Source: Dimorphilus gyrociliatus (taxonomy: Eukaryota; Animalia; Annelida). From it: a DNA stretch of 64,000 nt. Position 1 is the stretch's first letter. Every line of letters starts with the position of its first letter. The notes beneath the pieces are model-generated. The model ran no database searches. It was given only the letters and a program-made list of their open reading frames with translations, and was not told where the DNA came from. This document shows, in pieces, positions 13,733 through 23,912 of this stretch. The translations under genes and the position numbers were made by a program. The DNA lies in assembly GCA_904063045.1 (NCBI GenBank), contig CAJFCJ010000020.1, positions 302,916 through 366,915 of the forward strand. The letters run 5' to 3'.

Positions 13733-14140
13733 ATGAATTCTGTACTTCTCTTTTGTTTCTTAGGTTTTATCCTTTGTAAGTAATACTTCTATTTTTTTAT
13801 TTATTACTTCTATATTTAATCAATTACAGTTGCCGGCTCAAATTGTCAAAAAGGCTATACCGGTGATACTGGACCAGAAGGACCTACTGGAGCGACTGGA
13901 GCAAGAGGACATGGTAGTACAGGCGCCACCGGATTAAATGGAAGACCGGGATATGGTAGAATGGGCGGAACTGGATATACTGGTTACACCGGAGATCGTG
14001 GAGATTCTGGCATTTTAGGACCAAAAGGCTTCAAAGGAGCTCCAGGATATGCGTCAAACAGCCAAGGTTACGGTTCTGTAGATTCTACCAGATTTGGGTG
14101 TGTTTTGTCCTGCATGGATGAACCATGTGGAATTGCTTAA
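13733..14140 (+). CDS. Mini-collagen-like secreted protein E (117 aa, Tyr-rich)
   Basis: Exons 13733-13775, 13830-14140. MNSVLLFCFLGFILFAGSNC-QK; Gly-X-Y blocks of 6, 4 and 11 triplets; C-terminus FGCVLSCMDEPCGIA*. Not in the ORF track. Confidence 0.92.
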
Positions 14141-15301
14141 AGAAAATGAAAACAAACTATTCAAGGCAAAATATATTTGTAAAATTCTTACCTAATCTTA
14201 TTTCTAAAATTCTTTCTTTTATGTTACCAAATACAAAATTTAAAAATAAACATTTTTAAAACTTAGTTCATTTATATTCATCCTAATACAAAACACTGTA
14301 ATAAACTCCCATCTAGATTACTTAAGAAACATCCATCAATTGTAGAATGCCGATGTAAACTTAATTATTATTAAGACTATCATAAATTGTAAATTTAGGC
14401 AAATTCCATCTTTATAAGGCATATTATGAAAAAAGAGTAAAAATGATACACTTCATGACATACAAAAATGCCCAAAAAATACTTTAAATAAAAAGTTCTA
14501 AAAGCGACTGACTACCTGATTTAAACTTTGCTCCTTTTACATGATGTAAATAGTCCATGATCTTATATAATATTAGAAAATTTTACTTCAGCATTCTATA
14601 GTTCACATAGTGTTTCAATATAATTAATAAGAGCAACTTTTTCAGAAGTTAATCAAATTTTAGATAAATAAAAGTAGATGCGCATCTTCGATTAAATTAT
14701 AACTAATAAATAATGCACTAAACTAATTAATTAGATGTAGAAAATAGACAAAAAAATTGTCGAATATTCAATATAAATGATTTTTAGGATAAACGGAGAG
14801 TTGGGAATATCTTTTTTCAACCGAAAGTTGAAAAATCGTGACAAAATCCTAATACAATAGAAAGGAAAATCGATTGTAATACGTCGTGTTATGCAAAAGG
14901 TATATTAGTACAAGTATTTAATACTTTAATAAACTTTTCAAAGTTTTTATGAACAATTTAAAGATTCTATTCGTATAATAACTCTTAAGGTATGAAGAAA
15001 ATGCTTTTAGTCGTGAAAAGTAGTATAATCAAAGTCCTAGCTTCGTTGTCACTATTTATTCATTAAACATCCAAAACGGATGTGGCAAAAGGTAAAAGTT
15101 TTCAAGAAAATAAAAGACCATAGGAAAGATTTTTTAGGATCTCGGTCGTGAGGAGAGAGGGAAATATTGCATGTAATCGTGATATCCTGAGTAGGCTAAA
15201 ACTCTCACATATCGTTATAAAAGCTGAGAAGATTGTCCATTTCTCTTATACTTTTCGAGGTTTTCCAATAAGCTACAAGATAGTACTTCAGTAGAAAAAT
15301 T

Positions 15302-15670
15302 ATGAATTCTCTTTTAATTGTTTGTATCATCGCTTTGGCATTGTGTAAGTAGATTTATTCTATATTATTACAATTATAAATCATTAATTATTGTACTTTT
15401 ATTTTTTTAGTTGCCTGTGCTTCCTGTCAGGAAGGTCGAACTGGAGCAACTGGTGCAACAGGCTGGGGAAGAACGGGAGGAACGGGAGCAATGGGTTTTA
15501 CTGGTATGACCGGTGCGCCCGGACCAGCCGGTCCACGCGGTCCACCCGGTCCACCCGGTCGAGGAGGAAATGGCGGATTTGGAGGTAATGTGGACAGCAG
15601 TGGAAAACTCGACCATGGAAAACTAACCTGTTTCTTGAGCTGTTTGAATGAGAAATGTGGAATTCTATAA
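15302..15670 (+). CDS. Mini-collagen-like secreted protein F (100 aa)
   Basis: Exons 15302-15344, 15411-15670; A-like sequence ending LTCFLSCLNEKCGIL*. Confidence 0.92.
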
Positions 15671-16616
15671 AATGAACAAAATGAACTTTTTCAAGAAAAA
15701 ATATATTCGTCAATGATATTTTCAATCTTTCGATAATTACTATGATTGTTACTTTTATAAAAATACATTTTAATGAACTGAAATGTAAAATATCTCTATT
15801 TTATGGTATATACATTAAACGGATGTTATACAGTCTATAAATTCATAGTACATTTTGCACTCGGTGAAAATTTAAACAATATATAACTTGAATTAAATTA
15901 CAAAGAATATGCCAAATATCATAGCATGGCGAATCTTGTAATTGAAAATACTGAGAACTTGTAAATTTCAAAATGTTCCAAATCCTAAATCTCTTTTTAG
16001 CTAGTAGTATAGCATATATTCATATTTTTGAAGACTAGTAAACGACAATTGCTATTTAGGTTACTTTACATCATTCAATATACAGTCCTCTATTTTGTGT
16101 GGTGAAAATTCGTGACTTTCCAAAAGAGTAAACAACATGTGGCTAAACATTTTAGAATATTATTATCATTGAAAAATATTTCAAAATTTAAGCATTCAAA
16201 AATATTTCTGTTAGTGCTAAAATATAAATATTTAGCATCTGTTATTAGGTGCAGAATACATAAATAAATCTATTAGATCTTTTACTCTAATCTGCCTTTT
16301 GTTTTAAGCAATTATTAACGATTGAAAAGTGCAAAGTTATTTTTTTTCAAAATTAAGCAAAACTATTTGAAATTGGGAATCATTTCATTGTCTAACTTCT
16401 AAGATACAAAATGAAATAAGAAAATTGTATTAAAATATTTCCGATTTAAACAGTCTGAGGTTAAGGGCACAGTCGTGAGAGAAGAGACTTTTTCGCACAG
16501 CGAAATTCGTGATATTTCATATAGGCCTATATTCCTCTTTTTTAGTATAAAACCTAAAAGGATTGGCAATTTCCCTCATACTTTTCAGAATTTTTACCAA
16601 GTTAAGTAGAAAAGTT

Positions 16617-16994
16617 ATGAATTCTCTTTCAATTGTTTGTATCGTCGCTTTGGCATTGTGTAAGTAGATTTATTCTATATTTTTACAATTATAAATCATT
16701 AATTATTGTACTTTTATTTTTTTAGTTGCCTGTGCTTCCTGTCAGGAAGGTCGAACTGGAGCAACTGGTGCAACAGGCTGGGGAAGAACGGGAGGAACGG
16801 GAGCAACTGGTCCAATTGGTGTTGCTGGTATGCCCGGTGCGCCCGGACCAGCCGGTCCACGCGGTCCACCCGGTCCACCCGGTCGAGGAGGAAATGGCGG
16901 ATTTGGAGGTAATGTGGACAGCAGTGGAAAACTCGACCATGGAAAACTAACCTGTTTCTTGAGCTGTTTGAATGAGAAATGCGGCATCCTATAG
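16617..16994 (+). CDS. Mini-collagen-like secreted protein G (103 aa)
   Basis: Exons 16617-16659, 16726-16994; A/F-like with an extra triplet (GPI GVA GMP); ends LTCFLSCLNEKCGIL*. Confidence 0.92.
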
Positions 16995-17838
16995 AGAAAA
17001 GACATTAAAAACATTACAACGTTTTAAATATATTTACAATAATTAATGTGAAAATATTCATAAATCAGTAATAAATACAAAATCTTTACAAAAGATAACT
17101 TTCATTTTTGAAATGTTTTAAAGAAAACTGGTAGATTAATGAAATTTAAAAAAAAGATTAAACAATACATATTAGTTATAGTAAAGTAAAATTGTAATAT
17201 AACATATTAGAGATTTTACTCTAAATAATTCACTTTTAGAAATTTAGAAAGAGTAAATGATTGTTCATTCTTTTTAAAAGAATATTCAATTTTTTAATGT
17301 TTCATTTATTAAACACTACTTAATCAGTCTGTTTTTATCATTAGAAATAATGAGATACAACATTTTAATCGAATTTAACAATGATATATAAAATTAGTAT
17401 ATTTAAAATAAAAGTAACCAGTAATTACATGTTTTAGTAAAAATACGATATATGGAAATTTTATAGCTTAATTGAAGCTATCTTATGCTTTTGGTTTGTT
17501 TTTCGGAATAAGATGATATTTCTAAAAGAACTTTCTTCTTTATTTCATCTAATTCTGTCCTGGCTATGTTTCAAATTGACATATAATCTAATTTTTGTAT
17601 TTCCATTAAAACAATTATAATTTATATTATCAATAAAAGTGTACTTTGATGAAGTTCAAGTTTTGAAAAAATTTTCAGATTTCTACCATATAGTCGTGAT
17701 TGAAAATATTGTTGTGCAGTATAGAGTTCGTGATATTACTTGTAGGCCTATGTTCATATTCTTATTTATAAAGGCTTGAAATACGCCAGAGTGCTTATTT
17801 CTATCACAATATTCAAGTGAAAATCTTCGAAAAAAGTT

Positions 17839-18242
17839 ATGAATTTTCTCCCAATTATCTGTATCATTGCTTTGGCTCTTCGTAAGTAGACTAGCTTATA
17901 TGACAAAAATATTATATTTCAACTAGCATTTCTAAAATTCCAGTAACAGTTGCCAATTGCCAAAAAGGTTGGCCTGGGCCTACAGGTCCCACTGGAGCGA
18001 CTGGAAATACTGGAGAAGGCAGAACAGGTGCAACCGGAGCAACAGGGGCGACAGGACAAGGCATACCCGGTGACAATGGAAACATAGGACGTAAAGGAGA
18101 AAAAGGTTTTCGCGGTGCCACAGGACCTCGAGGACCAAGAGGTTTGCCAGGCGGATTCAATGAAGCAAACCAAAGTCCAGCAGATTCCGGGAGACTCTCT
18201 TGTTTCGTAGCCTGTTCGAGACAAGAGTGCGGTCTCTTTTAA
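17839..18242 (+). CDS. Mini-collagen-like secreted protein H (113 aa)
   Basis: Exons 17839-17881, 17944-18242. [22 protein letters not shown]; Gly-X-Y blocks of 5, 4 and 11 triplets; C-terminus [15 protein letters not shown]. Confidence 0.92.
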
Positions 18243-20287
18243 AGAAAATCAGCAAAAACTATTCAAGACAAATTATATTCATGAATTATATTTTATAATT
18301 AAAATTTTCCTTTTCTTTCAAATAATAAAATAAATAAACACGTAATCTTATTAGTTGAAATTATCTAGTTCCTATTGAGTTTACTAAAGATTTATAGTAA
18401 AATTTTAAAGACGATAAATTTCTTTTAAGTTTCTTTTGAATTATAGAAAAGTTATTAACAAAATTCTTAATTAATGAAAAATCTTTGAGAATATCTTGGA
18501 AGAAATTCATATGGTAATTTATACTGAGAGAATGCATAGCATGTTTAAACAATAATGACTTTCTATTTGTTAATTATAAAAAAGAAATCTTAGTATTTGT
18601 CTAGTTTATTTTATTTTATTTCAAAAGTCTTATATGCATATTTAAAAGTAAAATTGACAACTTTAAACATAAAATTTTCCCAAAAAATAACAAAACCTTA
18701 CAGTGCAATTAGTTCAAGGTTATCCAGTTTGGAAACCGAATAGGCCATAAAATGATTCGTGACGAGTTGGATAGTTTAAAAATAAGTAAAGAGGATAGGA
18801 GAGAAAGACATACATTTACACAAAATTCATATTGGAGTTATAATACATAGTTTCAAGATTAATCTTGAATATATATTCTATGAACAAAGGAAAAAATCAG
18901 TTTTGTTTGAAACAGCAAATTCCTTTAGCAAAGAACTTTATATTTTATAAACGTTTCTTTGTTTTTCATACGAGGAGAGGTATTTCTATTATTACATCTA
19001 TATTATAGACTATTGCTGTATTGTTTATTTTTCTTTGTTTAAATAATACTTTGCATAGTAATGAAAGGATTTGAGATATGTTTTTAAAACTTGAATCAAA
19101 GTTAAATACTTCATATTTTTTCTGCTAAATAATAATTGCAATTTGATATGAAGGTATATATGGTAACCTACTTTTTTTATATAATTAAAGTGTTTAATAA
19201 ATAATAATCTTCATTTTGAATAATTATATCTTTTTAATACACATTTTGTATGTAATGAATAAGATAAAATATACACTAATCATAGTTATATTAATTTCAA
19301 TTGTTCATTGGTAAAATATTCGTGACTTTAAATATAGGCAAAACTTTTAAAACAGCTTTTTTTCAAGGGTTAACTCGATCAATAATCTATTGCCGTTTCC
19401 TCATAATTTAATACAGCGAGAAGAGATTTTCATATGTTCAATTACTATATTCCTTTAATTGATATCTTACTTTCAAGTTGTAAATTAACCAATAATAAAC
19501 TAATAAAAAGTATAATATGGTTACAAATTTTGATACTGAGAATCAACTTCCCCTATGGAATAAATCCTTAATCCATAATTAAGGAGAAATAACTTTAATT
19601 GAATGAAAAGATAGAATAATCAATTAGAAGCATAGGGTATACATTATTTTAAATTACTCTTTCATTTAAATAATTCTTTATCATTTTGAAATAAAAGAAC
19701 AATACAAGTTTAAGAAAAAACGTTACCAAAGCTAAATTGAAGTACTTCAATTATTGAACTTTTGAACTTATTCATAAGTGATGCGTGATAGAGTCTGAAA
19801 AATTTGGACAAGAATTAATGCAATCCGACCACAACGTATTTAAAAATTTTGAATAGCAAGTATTTAAAGTGTACAAACTAGAGAAAAAGTATAAATTACG
19901 CAATATTTATAATTTATTCGCTAATATAGATGGAAAGATAACGATAATTTCAATTTATATTTTTTTAACACAACGTGCTTCGGAAAATATGAAATTTTTA
20001 ATATTTAGAAGTATTAGACCTATAGAAGATGCCTTATGAAAATTATACAATCAATGTACACAAACAGCAAACAGTTGCCTTAGGTAATTAATGAAAACAA
20101 ATATTGATCAATAGGTTTTTTTCAAATGGAAAGCCTGTTGTCGTGAGCAAAACATATCAAAAAATATAATTCGTGACACTATATAGGCTTCTGGTGTGTT
20201 TACAATACTTTTAAAGTATAAATTTTTAGGTCAGTTGCTTAATATCTAGTTTTTCTCCACCAAAAGTACATCGGAGCAAAAATAAGA

Positions 20288-20686
20288 ATGAAATCGTTGG
20301 CAATAATTCTTGTCTGCACTTTTATAATTTGTCAGTATTGTTAAAGTATCTTATTAAACAGCTTATTAACATTATTTTGAACTTTTCTTCAGATGTAAAC
20401 TGTCAAAACAATCCAGCACCTGGTAACTTATAATCAGTTTCTTTTAATATTTGTGAAAGTAGTTTTTTCTTTCTCTCAGACCAAACTTATGGATCACAAC
20501 AACAAACTGGACCCAATCACAATACTTGTAACTTACAAGCAAGTATGGCATATGGACCAGGTAATAATATATCTAAGACAAGAAACTTGAAATATTTAAT
20601 CTTTAATATTTTTTCCAGCCAAACTTAATCGTGATAGATTATCCCAATTTTTGAGATGCATAAATGTGAGATGTGGAATGCTTTGA
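20288..20686 (+). CDS. Collagen-less member I of the same family (73 aa)
   Basis: Exons 20288-20330, 20393-20422, 20480-20560, 20619-20686 (all introns GT-AG, phase 1; 222 nt): MKSLAIILVCTFIIYVNC-QNNPAPDQTYGSQQQTGPNHNTCNLQASMAYGPAKLNRDRLSQFLRCINVRCGML*. Confidence 0.8.
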
Positions 20687-23600
20687 AGGACGATCAACGA
20701 CATCTTCCAGAAACAAGGAATCTTATATGAAAAACTTGTATATCTAATCTAATATTTAATTTCGCTCTTTACAATAAAGTAATGCTTTCCAGTCTATTTC
20801 CGCTTCAAAATAAATGTTTTACATTATTAAAACAATTGTTGTAAAGTTTACTATAAACTAAGAAATTAATTACAATAGAAAAAAAAGTAGGAAATGTTCT
20901 TTGTACGAGATGAAAATACTAAAAGATGCGTCTAAATCCTATTTTAAAGCTTTAAAAGGTGTTATAAGATAAAATAATTTTAACACACCTAGGACATGTA
21001 TAACAAGACATGTAGCGAAATAGGTTATATGCATATTGAGAATATTGTCACGCCATTCCCAAAATAAAAGTACAAATAAAGTAAAAATTCTCCACATATG
21101 TCGTGACTGAAAGAAGAAGAGAAAACAATACGTTTCTCCAATATTTTTGGTAGCCTATGTACATACTTTATAAGTTTTAAAATGTTCAATTCATCTTTAA
21201 AATAGATTATTTACAATTGATTTAAAAACCAAGTTGTGGAAAATTCCTACTTTTCAATGTCGAATCTTGGCAACTGATCTAGATCTATATTTCTAGAGCA
21301 AGAGTTCATACCTTATTTTTTATTATCTAAGAATTAGCATTCGTATTACTTAGTGTGTTATATTCCTCATTAATAGAAAATTAATAAGAAACTTTTTCTA
21401 ACAATTAATAATCTATAGTTTCGTTAGAATTAAATTTTTCCCTGACCTCTCAATATTTGTTAACCTTCTAATATCATTCAATATTCATAATGTACCGCTT
21501 ATAGTTTATTCACATCAATAATTCAAAAAGTAGATATAAATACTGAAACATTAATTATGTAGTTCTGAAATATTTCTAAAATACAATTGTAAATATATCT
21601 AGGAAGGAGAGGAATTTTATTTTCTGTTCCTACAACTAGATGGCACTACCTTACAATATTTAACTATTTTCGATAAGAATAAATGGCATTCTTGACAAAT
21701 CTATAAAACTGTTATACTCTGACTACATACAAATACTTATGATTCTGCAAAAAAACTTATAGTGACTTACTATAAATAAAATCTCTCATTTTTAAGATAC
21801 AGTAATATTTAATAAAAATAAAATTAGCAACTAATACAATTTTAATTATTGGCTTGCTTAGTCATCTTAAATTGGAGACAAATTTATTTTAAATCCATCC
21901 TTCTACCGTAATGGCGATTCCTAGAATGATTATGACTGATATTTTCAAAATCGTAATTTTCTAAATTAACTAAACGTTGTCGTCTGTTTTTAATGTAAAA
22001 TTAATAATTTTTGACATATTTTAGCAATATATGCAGATTGTGAATGATGCTTAATTAGTAAATTGAAGTAACAATAGTCGAAAGAAAACTGTTACTCTTA
22101 TAGTTCCCTTCCGAGTTTTATTTAACAGTCGAAGAAAGGAAAGAGAAAATGATTTTGTTTTTACTTTCTTTTCCCTCTAGGGAGAGAAAATTGCAGATAA
22201 GGAAACTTTTATTTAAATAGTATATAATCTTAAATAATATAAAATAGATTCCTAATTCTAGACAACAAATATAATATCTTGCTATGAAAACGAAAGAGAT
22301 GAAGGACGAATATCAACGATGCAAAAGACGTCATCAGCTTTTCTAGAAGCAAGAATTATTTGTTTTTTTTTTATGTGACAGTGCCTACAATACTAAAAAG
22401 ATTGTTTTATTGTTTTCTTTTAAAATAATAAGAATCATTTTTCCAGGCAAATTGTAATAAATTCGTCAGTAAATTCTAAACAATTACACTTTTTCAACAA
22501 AATCATTGCTTTTTATATTCGTTAAAGATTAATACAATATGTATTGAAAACTAATTAGAAAAGTTATGGATAATATTTCATCTAATGAGGTTGATTGATG
22601 ACTTTTATAAGGTAGAATTTCTAATAGAATCGTATTTAAAAAAGAAGTAATACAACGCCTTCTTTGGTTTATTCTAGAAATAGAATTAAATAATTATATA
22701 ATAAATAATAAATTAAGAACTATATCAGAAAAAAAACGCTTACTGCAAATCTTTGTCTTCCTCTTTAATTTGTTCATACGTAATAAGAATTCTATTTTTA
22801 TTATTTCTATGAAAATAGACAATAATGTCGAAAAATTTCATTTCAAATCCAAGAAAAGATATAAAAGAGATTGAATTTCGTTATCAAGTTATAAAAAGCT
22901 CTATATCTTATTAATTGTAATGATAGATCTTTATTCATAATTTCTTCTCATAAACAACCCAAGATAAATTCTTTACTAAATTTATTGAATTCCTATAGCT
23001 AACTGTTCTTAATTTCAACTGTGTGAAGAGAAAAGAAATGTGCAGTATGGTCTAGATTTTTAATTAGCCCATAGTATTACTCGAAACTCGATAAATTGAA
23101 TTGTTATGTAGAAGAAATAGGAAGGAGAAAAAAAAAAGAAATATAGCAATATCTAATAATACTCTATCAGAATGATGGAATCTTAAGTATTTTATAGATA
23201 ATAAACCCAAAGATTTGCTGGCAAACGATAGTTCCAAAGTAACTGTTAATCGAAAACTATTACGAAACAGATTATTTTAACTAGACTTTAGATGTTTGCA
23301 ACTTATTACGAGAGAGAGAAAGATTTTTTTCTTTATTTATTACATCACTCTGTTTTTAAACATACACTCTAATTTTGTAAATCTTTTGTTGATATACAAA
23401 GACGGTAGAGTACATGTATAACTCATAAAGAGTCTTTAGAAGTAGTTGATGTGATATACACACATGTACTTACATTGGCCAACAAACTACATTTATATTC
23501 TTTTTATCCGGATAAAATCGTTATAACCTGTATTTAAATAGAAGCGTCGAAAAGAGCCGTTATTTGAGGCATCTTATCATCCTCGAGAAAGCTTTCAACC

Positions 23601-23912
23601 ATCTCAAAGCACTCGAGACAGTTTTATAGCGAGCCACTAACACTTGCTAGTCATATACGCTCTATAGATATTGCAAAAGTCTAAAAAGAATATTGGACCT
23701 TTTTTCTTTTTTTTCTATATTTTCCATTTATTTATAATTATTTCTTTTTGATTTCATGCTGTTTAAACAAAATTATCTTTTTTTTTTTTCTTGAACACTT
23801 ATGGGTGTTATCACAAATATTATACTTTCTACATAGTCTAAAACATAAATTCTATGTCATTTAAGGTGGGAATTTTTAAGAGGAGAGTCGCGTCGCAAGA
23901 TGTCTAATCTTC

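Larger units (their letters stand above)
8089..20222 (+). promoter_or_regulatory. Shared promoter module in front of all nine array genes: TCGTGA, TCGTGA, (TAGGC), TATAA
   Basis: Positions of TCGTGA/TCGTGA/TATA: A 8089/8124/8167; B 9105/9136/9175; C 10805/10839/10878; D 12106/12137/12177; E 13586/13616/13657; F 15146/15177/15216; G 16473/16507/16546; H 17694/17728/17767; I 20141/20171/20217. Confidence 0.85.

Noticed and set aside
8434-18224. Many minus-strand and alternate-frame ORFs over the array (8434, 9329, 9358, 11019, 11039, 11149, 12330, 12359, 15391, 15407, 15498, 16706-16742, 17912, 17919)
   Set aside because: Shadows of the GC-rich Gly-X-Y codons; the plus-strand spliced models explain them fully.
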